From an uncultured Eubacteriales bacterium (GTDB lineage: Bacteria; Bacillota; Clostridia; Oscillospirales; CAG-272), in contig CASGAQ010000001.1 in the NCBI GenBank assembly GCA_949299535.1, positions 133,471 to 197,470 of the forward strand: a DNA stretch of 64,000 nt, read 5' to 3'. Position 1 is the stretch's first letter; each line of letters begins with the position of its first letter. Shown piece by piece: positions 1 to 13,203 of this stretch. The position numbers and the translations under genes are program-made. The notes under the pieces were generated by a model. It saw only the letters and a list, made by a program, of their open reading frames with translations, was not told the DNA's origin and ran no database searches.

Positions 1-463
1 GGGAAACCCCGACGCTTCTCACGAAGAAGTGATAAGCGCGGCAAAGACGGCGCAGGCGGACGATTTCATTTCAGGTTTTGCCGAGGGATACGGCACGTTC
101 GTCGCTGAAAAGGGCGCTTCCTTGTCGGGAGGACAGAAACAGCGTATCTCCGTTGCCCGTGCGCTCGTTCGTAAGCCGGAAATACTCATTCTCGACGACG
201 CGACTTCGGCGCTTGACCTTGTTACGGAAGCAAAACTCCGCTCCGCGATAAAAGAAAAAGCAAAAGATACGGCGGTCATAATGATAGCTCAGCGCATAGC
301 GAGCGTAATGGAAGCGGACAGAATAGCCGTTATCGAAAACGACGGTTCCGTGCTCCATGTCGCTCCGCATGAACAGCTTCTTAAAGAGAGCAGTACATAC
401 CGCGATATCTATGATTCGCAGATGAGAGAATACGGCGTAAAAGGAGGCAAAGCAAATGTCTGA
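1..463 (+). CDS. ABC transporter ATP-binding/permease subunit, C-terminal fragment (start lies left of the window)
   Basis: Frame is open from the window edge. ABC signature LSGGQKQR and Walker B ILILDDATSALD are present. The stop overlaps the start of the next ABC gene. Confidence 0.85.
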   Translation, partial: GNPDASHEEVISAAKTAQADDFISGFAEGYGTFVAEKGASLSGGQKQRISVARALVRKPEILILDDATSALDLVTEAKLRSAIKEKAKDTAVIMIAQRIASVMEADRIAVIENDGSVLHVAPHEQLLKESSTYRDIYDSQMREYGVKGGKANV

Positions 464-2330
464 AGAAAACAAAAAACGTACTGCCGATATGCCGAATATC
501 CGCCCGGGCGGTCCGAGAGGCCCAATGGGCGCGCGCCTGAACGCGGAAAGACCGAAAAATACAAGACAGACTCTCGGCAAACTTTTTAAATATATCGGCA
601 AGAGCCGCGCCGTTCTTACCGCGCTTCTCACGCTTGTTCTAGTCGTGACGGTCATAGATATAGCAGGGCCTAAGCTTCAGCAGCAGGCGATAGATACCAT
701 AAGATTCGAGGACGGAAGATTTACCGTCGATTTCGATTCCATGAGGTTCTATCTTGTCCTTATGGGAATTATTTTCGCCGTCAGCGGCGTGCTTACATAT
801 ATGCAGAGTCTGCTTTCGGCAAAGCTCGCGCAGAATACCGTTTACCGTCTGCGCCGCGATCTTTTCCGCAAAATATCAAAGCTGCCGATAAAATATACGG
901 ACGATCACCGTCACGGCGATATAATGAGTACCATGACAAATGACGCCGAAAACGTTTCCAACGCCGTTTCGCAGACGATAACGACGCTGTTTTCAGCCGT
1001 TATGACGCTTATCGGCGTCGGCGTCATGATGATATATTACAGTCCGATAATGACTCTTGCGGCTCTTGTGACTATACCCGTGACGATAGTCTTTTCCGCA
1101 AAACTGGGGCGTTTTATGAGAAAATATTTTGCCGACCAGCAAAAACTGCTCGGCAAGCTTAACAGCCATGTCGAAGAGATGGTCAGCGGATACCGTACCG
1201 TCGCGGCATACGGCAGAGAGAAAAAGGCTGTGTCGGATTTTGCCGAAAGCGCAGGTAAGCTTCGCGCGTGCAGTATCAAGGCGCGCGTGTGCGGCGCCGT
1301 CATGGGTCCTGTGATGAATTTTCTCGGCAACCTTCAGTATGTCATACTTGCCGCTCTCGGCGGAATACTGATGATAAAATTCCCCGACAGCCCGGTAGGC
1401 GCGGGCATAACGGTGGGGACTATTCAGGCTATGCTCACATATTCCAAAAAGTTTACTCACCCGATAAATATGATAGCAAACCAGTACTCCACACTGATGA
1501 CGGCTCTTGCCGGAGCGGAACGCATATTTGCCGTCATGGACAGTGAGGACGAGACAGACAACGGCACAAAGAGCGTCAGCGCCGAAGAAGTCGGAGGAAA
1601 TATCGAGTTTGAGAACATCAACTTCGGCTATGTTGCAGACGAGCCTGTACTAAAAAATTTCAGCCTTTCCGTAAAGTCGGGACAGAAGATAGCGCTTGTC
1701 GGCGCTACAGGTTCCGGCAAAACGACGGTTATAAACCTTCTTATGCGCTTTTATGAGCCTCAATCGGGGCGAATAACGATAGACGGTACGGATATACGCG
1801 ATATACCGAAAGAGGACCTGCGACATCTTATTTCGATAGTTTTGCAGGATACGGTGCTTTGGAACGACACCATACGCTCCAATATCAAGTACGGCAACCT
1901 CAGTGCTTCGGATGAGCAGACCGAAAAAGCGGCTGATACGGCAATGGCGGCGCGGTTTATTGAACGTCTGCCGGAAGGTTACGACACCGTTATATCAGAA
2001 GGCGGAACGAATCTTTCTCAAGGTCAGCGCCAGCTTCTTGCGATAGCGCGTGCAGTGCTTGCCGATCCGAAAATACTGATTCTGGACGAAGCGACTTCAT
2101 CGGTAGATACGCGCACGGAGATGAATATTCAGAAAGCGATGATAAATCTTATGAAGGGAAGAACATCATTCATCATCGCTCACAGACTTTCTACCATCAG
2201 AGACGCGGACGTTATAGTAGTTCTCAAAGACGGCGTTATCGCGGAAGCGGGCAGCCATGAAACGCTTATAAATCAAGGCGGGGAATATTTTAAACTTTAC
2301 AGCAGACAGAGCGCCGGTCTTGCTACATAA
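456..2330 (+). CDS. ABC transporter ATP-binding/permease subunit (fused TMD-NBD exporter, second gene of a pair)
   Basis: 624 aa with a hydrophobic N-terminal half. Walker A GATGSGKTT, signature LSQGQRQL, Walker B ILILDEATSSVD. Confidence 0.9.
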   Translation: MSEENKKRTADMPNIRPGGPRGPMGARLNAERPKNTRQTLGKLFKYIGKSRAVLTALLTLVLVVTVIDIAGPKLQQQAIDTIRFEDGRFTVDFDSMRFYLVLMGIIFAVSGVLTYMQSLLSAKLAQNTVYRLRRDLFRKISKLPIKYTDDHRHGDIMSTMTNDAENVSNAVSQTITTLFSAVMTLIGVGVMMIYYSPIMTLAALVTIPVTIVFSAKLGRFMRKYFADQQKLLGKLNSHVEEMVSGYRTVAAYGREKKAVSDFAESAGKLRACSIKARVCGAVMGPVMNFLGNLQYVILAALGGILMIKFPDSPVGAGITVGTIQAMLTYSKKFTHPINMIANQYSTLMTALAGAERIFAVMDSEDETDNGTKSVSAEEVGGNIEFENINFGYVADEPVLKNFSLSVKSGQKIALVGATGSGKTTVINLLMRFYEPQSGRITIDGTDIRDIPKEDLRHLISIVLQDTVLWNDTIRSNIKYGNLSASDEQTEKAADTAMAARFIERLPEGYDTVISEGGTNLSQGQRQLLAIARAVLADPKILILDEATSSVDTRTEMNIQKAMINLMKGRTSFIIAHRLSTIRDADVIVVLKDGVIAEAGSHETLINQGGEYFKLYSRQSAGLAT

Positions 2331-2620
2331 GCTTTCAAGCAAAAAAGAGAGCCTGTTTCCATTTTTCGGGAAACAGGCTCAAAAAAACGAAAGCCAAAGC
2401 TTTCGTTGGAATATTCTTTGTCGCAAGACCGCTTTTGCAGTCAAGCTTTATTTAAACAGCTGCGAAATGTATTGGTTTTATATTTCAAAAACAATGCATT
2501 TCCGCTTGATACTCAAACAGTATACATCATGTTGATATATATTTCAATACCTTATTGCAAAAAATTAAAAATTTAAATTTGTGTTTTTTATTCATTTTAA
2601 GCGATATATCAAAAAACGAT

Positions 2621-2662
2621 AAAAAAATCTCCTCAAATCTTTTGAATATGAGGAGATTTTTT
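2621..2662. terminator. Bidirectional intrinsic terminator downstream of ilvE
   Basis: 9-bp stem atctcctca (2627-2635) / tgaggagat (2649-2657), flanked by an A-run (2621-2627) and a T-run (2657-2662). Confidence 0.75.
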
Positions 2663-2701
2663 ATACGGTGAATGAAAGTTCGGGAGCTGAGTATTTCTAC
2701 A

Positions 2702-3772
2702 TCAGTCTATAACGACTCTCCAGCCGAACGGATCTTCGAGCTTGCCGAGCTGGATTCCCGTTACGGTGTCGTAAAGCTTCTGGCTTACTTTGCCTATTCC
2801 GCCGTCGCCGATGACCATTACGGAATCTTTGTAGCGGAGCTTGCCGACGGGAGAGATGACTGCCGCCGTACCTGTGCCGAATATTTCTTCGAGTTTGCCT
2901 GTGTTTTGAGCTTCGATAAGCTCTTCAACGGATATCTTGCGTTCTTCCACATTCATTCCCCAGTGTTTGCAGAGAGCTATAACGGAGTTTCTCGTTACGC
3001 CGGGAAGGATACTGCCGTTGAGCATGGGAGTAACTATCTTGCCGTCTATCTTGAAGAAGATGTTCATGGCGCCGACTTCTTCAATATATTTGCGTTCAAC
3101 ACCGTCGAGCCAGAGCACCTGAGAATATCCCTCGTCGTGAGCCTTTACCTGAGCCGCAAGGCTGCAGGCATAGTTGCCGCCTGTTTTGGTAAAGCCCATG
3201 CCGCCGCGTACCGCGCGAACATATTCGTCTTCTATCCAAATGCCTACCGGAGCAAGCCCACTTTCATAGTAAGCGCCCGACGGGGAGAGAATAACTATAA
3301 ACAGGTACGTTTTAGAGGGAGCAACGCCTAAGAATGCGTCTGTTGCAATAACGAAAGGACGAATATACAAAGATGTGCCGGGGTCTGTGGGGATCCAAGC
3401 TTCATCTATCTTTACAACTGATTTTACCGCTTGAATAAAATCTTCTTCGGGAATCTCCGGAATGCAAAGGCGTCTGTTGGAGGAGTTTGCGCGTTTTGCA
3501 TTCATGTCGGGACGGAAAAGGCATGTTTTGCCGTCGTCTGTCTTGTAAGCCTTCATACCCTCAAACATTTCCTGACCGTAATGGAATACCATGGAGGAGG
3601 GGTCCAGAGAGAGGGGCTGATAGGGCACTATGCGCGCGTCGTGCCAGCCTTTGCCTTCGGTGTAATTCATCATGAACATATGGTCCGTGAAGATATGTCC
3701 GAACCCGAGAGGTTCGCCTTTTGCGGGGATTTTTTTTGGATTTTTTGTTTTTTCAACTGTTATATTCAGCAT
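2702..3772 (-). CDS. ilvE: Branched-chain amino acid aminotransferase
   Basis: 356 aa. Class IV aminotransferase sequence pattern (GFGHIFTDHMF..., EGMKAY, ...GGTGAAK-like region). Last gene of the ilv-leu operon. Confidence 0.9.
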   Translation of the reverse strand: MLNITVEKTKNPKKIPAKGEPLGFGHIFTDHMFMMNYTEGKGWHDARIVPYQPLSLDPSSMVFHYGQEMFEGMKAYKTDDGKTCLFRPDMNAKRANSSNRRLCIPEIPEEDFIQAVKSVVKIDEAWIPTDPGTSLYIRPFVIATDAFLGVAPSKTYLFIVILSPSGAYYESGLAPVGIWIEDEYVRAVRGGMGFTKTGGNYACSLAAQVKAHDEGYSQVLWLDGVERKYIEEVGAMNIFFKIDGKIVTPMLNGSILPGVTRNSVIALCKHWGMNVEERKISVEELIEAQNTGKLEEIFGTGTAAVISPVGKLRYKDSVMVIGDGGIGKVSQKLYDTVTGIQLGKLEDPFGWRVVID

Positions 3773-3809
3773 GGAAAATACACTTCACTTTCATTTTATA
3801 TATTCAAGT

Positions 3810-4886
3810 TCATTTTATATATTCGAGTATCTTTGCAGTCATTCCGGAGCAGGAGAGAGGCTCTGCTTCGGAAGCGCCGAGGATATCTCCGGTGCGCCAA
3901 CCGTCGTCAAGAACGTTTTCAACGGCTTTTTCTATGGCGAGAGCTTCTTTTTCAAGTCCGAAAGAATAGCGGAGCATCATTGCTGCGGAAAGTATTGTGG
4001 CGATGGGATTTGCTTTGTTCTGACCTGCGATATCCGGTGCGGAGCCGTGAATGGGTTCATACATTCCGCAGGAGGTGTCGCCGAGAGAGGCAGAGGGCAG
4101 CAGTCCTATGGAGCCGGTTATCTGAGAGGATTCGTCTGAGAGGATATCGCCGAACATATTTGTTGTTACGATAACGTCAAACTGCGAAGGATTTTTAATA
4201 AGCTGCATTGCCGCGTTGTCGACAAGCATATCCGTACATTCAACTTCCGGATACTGTTCTGCTATCTTGTGAACAGTAGCTCTCCAGAGTCTGGAGCTTT
4301 CAAGCACGTTCGCTTTATCTATGCTCACCACTTTCTTTCTGCGAAGCATTGCCGTTTTGAATGCGACATGAGCTATTCTCTCTATTTCCATTTCGCTGTA
4401 ACATTCGGTGTCGTAAGCTTCGGGACCGTATTTGCCGTCGCGTCTGCCGCGTTCACCGAAGTATATACCGCCTGTAAGTTCGCGGATCATTACGATGTCA
4501 ACGCCTTTTTCAGCTACATCGCGGCGCAGAAGGCAGGCGTCTGCCATAGCGGGGAAGAGCTTTGCAGGACGAATGTTTGTATAAAGACCGAGTGCCGAGC
4601 GAATGCCGAGCAGAGCCTTTTCAGGGCGCATATTACCGGGGAGAGTATCCCATTTTGGGCCGCCTACGGCGCCGAGCAGGACGCTGTCGGAGCTTTTGCA
4701 GCCGTTTACTGTTTCTTCGGGAAGCGGAATACCGCATGCGTCGATTGCGGCGCCGCCGATGAGATACGGTGTGAAATTAAAAGTATGACCGTAGATGTTG
4801 CCTATCTTTTCAAGAACTTCGCAGGCGCTGTCCACAATTTCGGGACCGATTCCGTCGCCGCGGAGAAGTGCTATATTGTAATTCAT
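3810..4886 (-). CDS. leuB: 3-isopropylmalate dehydrogenase
   Basis: 358 aa. N-terminal [14 protein letters not shown] and [10 protein letters not shown] motifs typical of LeuB. Confidence 0.95.
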   Translation of the reverse strand: MNYNIALLRGDGIGPEIVDSACEVLEKIGNIYGHTFNFTPYLIGGAAIDACGIPLPEETVNGCKSSDSVLLGAVGGPKWDTLPGNMRPEKALLGIRSALGLYTNIRPAKLFPAMADACLLRRDVAEKGVDIVMIRELTGGIYFGERGRRDGKYGPEAYDTECYSEMEIERIAHVAFKTAMLRRKKVVSIDKANVLESSRLWRATVHKIAEQYPEVECTDMLVDNAAMQLIKNPSQFDVIVTTNMFGDILSDESSQITGSIGLLPSASLGDTSCGMYEPIHGSAPDIAGQNKANPIATILSAAMMLRYSFGLEKEALAIEKAVENVLDDGWRTGDILGASEAEPLSCSGMTAKILEYIK

Positions 4887-4936
4887 GAGCGATTACCTCT
4901 ATATTAAGTTTGCAAGATTTGCGGGCAGAGGCGGAT

Positions 4937-5431
4937 TTATTTTATTTTGCCTTGCTTTATCGCCTCTATAAGACCGTTTGATTCTATTATGGAGTTTATA
5001 AAAGCGGGGAACGGTTCCGTTTTATACTGTTTACCTGTTGTTTTATTCGTTATGACGCCGGCGGAAAGGTCGCATGAAAGAACGTCGCCTTCGCTTATCT
5101 CGTCTGCCGCCTGAGGACATTCGACTATGGGAAGTCCGATGTTGATGGCATTGCGGTAGAATATGCGCGCAAAGCTCTTTGCGATAACGACGGACACGCC
5201 GCTTTCTTTGATTACCATGGGCGCGTGTTCACGTGAGGAACCGCAGCCGAAGTTAAAGCCTGCGACCATTATATCGCCGGGAACGACTCTTTTTACGAAA
5301 GTGGGGTCAAGATCTTCCATGCAGTGGGAAGCCAGTTCTTTTTTGTCTATTGTGTTGAGATATCTTGCGGGAATGATAACGTCCGTGTCGACGTTATCGC
5401 CGTATTTTATAACTTTTCCGTCGAATTTCAT
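4937..5431 (-). CDS. leuD: 3-isopropylmalate dehydratase small subunit
   Basis: The track ORF 4937..5620 was trimmed to the internal ATG ([25 protein letters not shown]) that forms an ATGA overlap with the leuC stop at 5428. The upstream 63 aa are Arg-rich and overlap leuC. Confidence 0.9.
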   Translation of the reverse strand: MKFDGKVIKYGDNVDTDVIIPARYLNTIDKKELASHCMEDLDPTFVKRVVPGDIMVAGFNFGCGSSREHAPMVIKESGVSVVIAKSFARIFYRNAINIGLPIVECPQAADEISEGDVLSCDLSAGVITNKTTGKQYKTEPFPAFINSIIESNGLIEAIKQGKIK

Positions 5432-6693
5432 TTTTTCATAACCTCCCTGGGATCTGCTATCTTGCCTGCGACTGCGCTTGCGGCGGCAACGGCGGGGCTT
5501 GCCAGATAGACTTCGGATTTGACGTGTCCCATTCTGCCGACGAAGTTTCTGTTCGTCGTGGCAACTGCGCGCTCGCCCTCGGCGAGAATGCCCATGTGTC
5601 CGCCCAGACAAGGTCCGCATGTCGGGGTAGAAACGATAGCACCTGCTTCGATAAATGTTTTGAGGTAGCCTTTTTCCATGGCTTCAAGGTATATCTTCTG
5701 CGTTGCGGGAATGATTATCGCGCGGACGCCTTTTGCAACCTTTTTGCCTTCGAGTATTTTTGCGGCTGCCTCAAGGTCGGAAAATCTGCCGTTTGTGCAG
5801 GAGCCGATGACAACCTGATCTATCTTCACATCGCCGCATTCGCCTATCTGTCTTGTGTTTTCGGGCAGGTGCGGGAAAGCGACTGTCGGTTCGATAGCGG
5901 AAAGGTCTATCTCATATGTTTCGTCGTAAACTGCGTCCTCGTCAGCGGTGAAGATAACGGGTTCGCCTGCGCCGGCGTTCTTCATGTATTCGAGCGTTTT
6001 GTCGTCTACTTCGAAAATACCGTTCTTTGCGCCTGCTTCGATAGCCATGTTAGCCATGCAAAGTCTGTCGTCCATAGAAAGCGAGTGCATACCTTCGCCG
6101 GTAAATTCCATCGAGCGATAGAGAGCGCCGTCGACGCCTATCATGCCGATGATATGGAGGATAAGGTCTTTGCCTGAAACGTATTCGGAAAGTTTTCCTT
6201 TGAGTACGAACTTAATGGCGGAGGGCACTTTGAACCATGCCTTGCCTGTTGCCATGCCGCAGGCCATATCCGTAGAGCCGACGCCCGTTGAGAAAGCTCC
6301 GAGAGCGCCGTATGTGCAGGTATGGGAGTCTGCGCCGATAACGACGTCGCCGCTCTTTACGAGTCCTTTTTCGGGCAGGAGCGCGTGCTCTATACCCATT
6401 TCTCCGACGTCATAGAAATTGACGATATCCTGATTTTTTGCAAATTGGCGGCACATCTTGCACTGTTCCGCCGCTTTGATATCTTTGTTGGGGGCAAAGT
6501 GATCCATTACAAGTGCGATCTTGTTTTTGTCGAAAACTTCGCCGCCGAGCTTATTATATTCGCGTATTGCAACGGGGGAGGTGATGTCGTTTCCGAGAAC
6601 GAGGCTCAGGTTTGCGAGTATGAGCTGGCCTGCGGAAACGCTTTCAAGTCCCGCGGCACGCGCGAGTATCTTTTGCGTCATGGTCATTCCCAT
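5428..6693 (-). CDS. leuC: 3-isopropylmalate dehydratase large subunit
   Basis: 421 aa aconitase-family protein ([27 protein letters not shown] cluster ligands). Confidence 0.95.
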   Translation of the reverse strand: MGMTMTQKILARAAGLESVSAGQLILANLSLVLGNDITSPVAIREYNKLGGEVFDKNKIALVMDHFAPNKDIKAAEQCKMCRQFAKNQDIVNFYDVGEMGIEHALLPEKGLVKSGDVVIGADSHTCTYGALGAFSTGVGSTDMACGMATGKAWFKVPSAIKFVLKGKLSEYVSGKDLILHIIGMIGVDGALYRSMEFTGEGMHSLSMDDRLCMANMAIEAGAKNGIFEVDDKTLEYMKNAGAGEPVIFTADEDAVYDETYEIDLSAIEPTVAFPHLPENTRQIGECGDVKIDQVVIGSCTNGRFSDLEAAAKILEGKKVAKGVRAIIIPATQKIYLEAMEKGYLKTFIEAGAIVSTPTCGPCLGGHMGILAEGERAVATTNRNFVGRMGHVKSEVYLASPAVAAASAVAGKIADPREVMKK

Positions 6694-6795
6694 TGTGTTT
6701 GTTCTCCTTGAAAATAAGTGGATATGTGAAAAAATTTCCCGAAAGATCCCTCAAAGAGACCTTTCGGTGCGCCTTTTATGATATAGATATATAAG

Positions 6796-8307
6796 TTATA
6801 TTATCTTTTCCAGCGCGTTTATGTAAGCTATGATACTTGCCTCAACTATGTCCGTGGAAAGACCGCGGCCAGAAACGAGGTCGTCGCTGCCTTCAACTCT
6901 TATCTTGACCATAGCCTCGCCGAGAGAATCTTTGCCCTCGGAAACGGCGTTGATGGAGTATTTTTCGAGCGTGTGCGCGGGAGGATTGATAAGCTTTCTT
7001 ACGGCATTGTATGAAGCGTCTACGGGACCGTTGCCGACTGCGGCATCTTCTATTGTCGAGCCGTTTGTCAGCTTGAGTCTTACCGTGCTTGTTGCGGAAA
7101 GTACGTTGCTTGCGTGAACATAGAAGCGGTCAAGCGAATATTTTGCGTTTTCCGTATCCTTCTTTTTGTGCGTTACAAGAGCGCGAAGGTCGCTGTCGGA
7201 AATATTTTTTTTCTTGTCGCAGAGGACTTTGAATTTTTCAAAGCAGTCCAAAAGCTCCTCTTCGGAAAGTTCGTATCCGAGTTCGCGGAGTCTGGTGTCG
7301 AAAGCGTGCTTGCCGGAGTGTTTGCCCAGAACTATCTTGTTTGCTGTAATGCCTACGGATTCCGGCGTCATTATTTCGTATGTGCTTCTGTTGGCAAGAA
7401 CCCCGTGCTGATGTATGCCTGCTTCGTGCGCGAAAGCGTTTGCGCCTACGATGGGTTTGTTAATTGCCGGAGTCTGACCTATTATGTTGTATACGAGTTT
7501 TGAGGTGTTGTATATCTTTGTCGTATCGATGCGCGGGGGATTTTTGTATATGTCGGGACGTGTACGCATAGCCATTACGACTTCCTCAAGCGAAGTGTTT
7601 CCCGCGCGTTCTCCCAGACCGTTTATTGTACATTCAATCTGTGTTGCGCCGCCGAGAACGCCTGCAAGGGAGTTTGCAACGCCGAGTCCGAGGTCATTGT
7701 GGCAGTGTACGGCGAAATCGACTTTGTCGGAATTTTCAACATTTGCAATAAGGTATGCAATAAGATTCTGCATCTCTGCGGGAGTGGTGTAGCCGACCGT
7801 ATCGGGGATATTGATAGTAGTCGCGCCGGCGCGGATTGCCGCGTTTACAACTTTTACAAGGAAAGCAGGGTCGCTTCTGGTGGCGTCCTCTGCGGAAAAT
7901 TCAATATTGGAGCAGTAGTTTTTGGCGTAAGCAACAAGTTTCTCCGTTTTTTCGAGAACCTGGTCTTCAGTCATTTTGAGTTTATACTGCATATGAAGAG
8001 GAGAAGTTGCAATAAACGTATGTATTCTGGGGTCTGCCGCGCCTCTTACGGCTTCATAAGCCGCGTCTATGTCTTTAATGTTGAGACGCGCCAGAGAGGC
8101 GACGGTGCAGTCATGGACAGCTTCGGCAATGCTCTTGACCGATTCAAAGTCTCCGGGGGAGGATATTGCAAATCCCGCTTCGATGATATCGACTTTGAGT
8201 TTTTCAAGCGCGTGCGCGACTTCAAGTTTTTCCTGAAGGTTCATGCTGCATCCGGGAGACTGTTCTCCGTCGCGCAGCGTCGTGTCGAAAATTTTAATCT
8301 GTTTCAT
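6796..8307 (-). CDS. leuA: 2-isopropylmalate synthase
   Basis: IFDTTLRDGEQSPG and HCHNDLGL motifs. Start moved to MKQIKIFDTT (ATG at 8307), 13 codons inside the track ORF. Confidence 0.92.
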   Translation of the reverse strand: MKQIKIFDTTLRDGEQSPGCSMNLQEKLEVAHALEKLKVDIIEAGFAISSPGDFESVKSIAEAVHDCTVASLARLNIKDIDAAYEAVRGAADPRIHTFIATSPLHMQYKLKMTEDQVLEKTEKLVAYAKNYCSNIEFSAEDATRSDPAFLVKVVNAAIRAGATTINIPDTVGYTTPAEMQNLIAYLIANVENSDKVDFAVHCHNDLGLGVANSLAGVLGGATQIECTINGLGERAGNTSLEEVVMAMRTRPDIYKNPPRIDTTKIYNTSKLVYNIIGQTPAINKPIVGANAFAHEAGIHQHGVLANRSTYEIMTPESVGITANKIVLGKHSGKHAFDTRLRELGYELSEEELLDCFEKFKVLCDKKKNISDSDLRALVTHKKKDTENAKYSLDRFYVHASNVLSATSTVRLKLTNGSTIEDAAVGNGPVDASYNAVRKLINPPAHTLEKYSINAVSEGKDSLGEAMVKIRVEGSDDLVSGRGLSTDIVEASIIAYINALEKII

Positions 8308-8338
8308 GTTATCTGTCCTTAAAAATAGCATTTTGTTG

Positions 8339-8376
8339 CCGCACATATCCGCAGTTCCGAAAGCGGATATGTGCGG
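8339..8376 (-). other. Perfect 14-bp hairpin in the ilvD-leuA spacer (possible internal attenuator or processing/stability element)
   Basis: ccgcacatatccgc (8339-8352) pairs perfectly with gcggatatgtgcgg (8363-8376), with a 10-nt loop. On the minus strand it is followed by caacaaaatgctattttt, a weak U-tract. Confidence 0.5.
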
Positions 8377-8403
8377 TGTATTATTTAATTATTCTATTAA
8401 CAA

Positions 8404-11132
<2,729 letters not shown>

Positions 11133-11139
11133 TTAAATA

Positions 11140-11376
11140 TCAGTTTATTGAGATGACGTCGTGCAGTTTGCCGAGCTGTTTTAAAAGCTGATAGTGAATA
11201 TAGTCATCGCCGTAAACGGTAATTGTCATTTGGGATACGGCGGGATTTTCCGTTTCATGAACTTCAAGCGAACTTATGTTGAAGCCCCTGCGGGCGAACA
11301 TCTCTGAAATACGGACGAGAACGCCGAATCTGTTTGCCACGGAAAGTGTGAGCTGAATTTTGTCGTTGTTTGCCAA
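11140..11376 (-). CDS. ilvN: Acetolactate synthase small (regulatory) subunit, short ACT-only form
   Basis: 78 aa with an ACT-domain pattern (LSVANRFGVLVRISEMFARRGFNISSL), immediately downstream of ilvB. Confidence 0.8.
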   Translation of the reverse strand: MANNDKIQLTLSVANRFGVLVRISEMFARRGFNISSLEVHETENPAVSQMTITVYGDDYIHYQLLKQLGKLHDVISIN

Positions 11377-11402
11377 ATCTCTTTCCTCCTTGAATATTGA
11401 TT

Positions 11403-13067
11403 TTATGAAAGTATCATGTTTTCGATAGAGCCACCGGGAGGGATCATGGGAAGAACACGCTCGTCCATATCGATGGCGCAGTCTATGATAACGGGACCGT
11501 TTGTGTTTACCGCCGCGGTCATTGCCTTGTTGAGCTGCTCAATGTTTGAAACGGAGTAGCCGTCCGCACCGAAAGCGCGGGCAAGAGCGGGGAAGTCTGT
11601 CTTGCGTTCGAGTGTTGTCTGTGAGTAGTGCTCGTTGTAAAAAGCTTTCTGCCACTGGCGGACCATGCCGAGAACGCCGTTGTTGAGGATCACTATGATA
11701 ACGGGAAGCTTTTGAGAAACGGCTGTCGCCATTTCGTTGAGATTCATGCCGAAACTGCCGTCTCCGGTAAAGAGGACTGTTCTCTTGCCGGTTGCAATAC
11801 AGCCGCCTATAGCGGCGCCCATGCCGAATCCCATGGTACCGAGACCGCCGCTTGTGAGAAATGTACGCGCAATTTCAAACTTATATTTTTGCGCGGCCCA
11901 CATCTGGTGCTGTCCTACATCGGTAGCAACGGGGGTGTCTGCCGGAAGATACGAATTTACCGTTTCGATTATCTGGTAAGGAGTAAGCGCGCCGATTTGT
12001 TTTGCGGCGTTGTCTTCGGCAAATTTTATGAGCTTTTTCACTTCTTCGTGCCATTCGGGATGGCTTGCGGGGGAGACTTTTTCTATAATGCGCTCAAGCG
12101 CGTCGCGGACATCTCCGTGGATACCGAGGTCGACGCTCACGTTTTTGCCTATTTCCGCCGCGTCTACATCTATATGTATGATTTTAGCATCGTTGCAGAA
12201 TTTTGAAATGTTTCCCGTAGCCCTGTCGGAGAATCGTGCGCCGAGCGTGATAACGAGGTCGGCACTGTTTTTCGCTTTTGAAGCTGCGGCGCTTCCGTGC
12301 ATACCGGTCATACCGAGCTTTCTGGGATTTGAATCGGGCATTGCCGTTATGCCCATTATGCTGCAGCCGACAAAAGCGTCTATCTTGTCTGCGAGGGCGG
12401 GGACATATTCCTCCGCGGTTGCGGATATCACGCCGCCGCCGATATAGATATAAGGTTTTTTACTTTCGGCTATCATCGCCGCTGCCTTTTCGATATCTTC
12501 TTGGCTTGCTTTGGGAAGCTCGAAAGGCTTGACGACATCCTGCACCTCATATTCGGCGGTGTTTATCTGTACGTCTTTCGGAATATCCACGAGAACGGGA
12601 CCGGGTCTGCCTGATTTTGCTATACGGAAAGCTTCTCTTATTGTGTCCGCAAGGTCTTCTGTTTTTGTGACCATGAAGTTGTGCTTTGTAACGGGTATGG
12701 TAATGCCGACGATGTCTACTTCCTGGAAACTGTCGCGTCCGAGAAGATGGCAGGGAACGTTGCCTGTGATGGCTACCATCGGAACGGAGTCGAGCATTGC
12801 GTTTGCAAGACCTGTTACAAGATTTGTGGCTCCCGGACCGGATGTCGCGATAACGACGCCTACTTTGCCCGACGCTCTTGCATAACCGTCTGCGGCGTGT
12901 GCGGCTCCCTGTTCATGAGCTGTAATAACGTGTTTGATTCGGTCGGCTTTTAGGTAAAGCGAATCGTATATATTGAGAACCTGACCGCCCGGGTAGCCGA
13001 AAACGACTTCGGTTCCCTGCTCTATCAAAGTTTCCACGAGTATGTCCGAACCTGTAATTTTCATCAT
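11403..13067 (-). CDS. ilvB: Acetolactate synthase large subunit (biosynthetic type)
   Basis: 554 aa ThDP enzyme (GYPGG, GPGATN, GGLGTMGFGMGAAIG, DGSFGMN). SD cctcct lies at 13071-13076. Confidence 0.95.
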   Translation of the reverse strand: MMKITGSDILVETLIEQGTEVVFGYPGGQVLNIYDSLYLKADRIKHVITAHEQGAAHAADGYARASGKVGVVIATSGPGATNLVTGLANAMLDSVPMVAITGNVPCHLLGRDSFQEVDIVGITIPVTKHNFMVTKTEDLADTIREAFRIAKSGRPGPVLVDIPKDVQINTAEYEVQDVVKPFELPKASQEDIEKAAAMIAESKKPYIYIGGGVISATAEEYVPALADKIDAFVGCSIMGITAMPDSNPRKLGMTGMHGSAAASKAKNSADLVITLGARFSDRATGNISKFCNDAKIIHIDVDAAEIGKNVSVDLGIHGDVRDALERIIEKVSPASHPEWHEEVKKLIKFAEDNAAKQIGALTPYQIIETVNSYLPADTPVATDVGQHQMWAAQKYKFEIARTFLTSGGLGTMGFGMGAAIGGCIATGKRTVLFTGDGSFGMNLNEMATAVSQKLPVIIVILNNGVLGMVRQWQKAFYNEHYSQTTLERKTDFPALARAFGADGYSVSNIEQLNKAMTAAVNTNGPVIIDCAIDMDERVLPMIPPGGSIENMILS

Positions 13068-13093
13068 TGCCTCCTGATATGAGTATTTTTAGG

Positions 13094-13133
13094 AAAAAAA
13101 CAAAAAGCCTATGGCTAAAAGCTAACCATAGGC
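13094..13133 (-). terminator. Intrinsic terminator inside the ilvB leader (attenuator terminator)
   Basis: Minus-strand RNA gcctatggtta-gcttt-tagccataggc forms an 11-bp stem and is followed by tttttgttttttt. It ends about 27 nt upstream of the ilvB ATG. Confidence 0.75.
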
Positions 13134-13203
13134 AGTAAAGATTGTAAAAAATCTATGTTTACGGAAAGCGGTTTAAAGTAGATCTATCCGTAAATATAAA
13201 AGC

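Noticed and set aside
2320-2535. 71-aa ORF in the ABC exporter - ilvE spacer
   Set aside because: It starts inside the ABC gene stop region, runs through two terminator hairpins, has no SD, and has odd composition. It is unlikely to be coding.
5432-5620. N-terminal extensions suggested by the ORF track (leuD to 5620, leuA to 8346, pyk from 15010, aroE/K from 29496, DAHP synthase from 33453, addB from 48165, PG-binding protein to 55799, dCMP deaminase from 35397)
   Set aside because: The extensions overlap the upstream gene or leader, lack an SD, and are Arg-rich or hydrophobic nonsense. Internal starts with good SDs match the conserved N-termini of the families.
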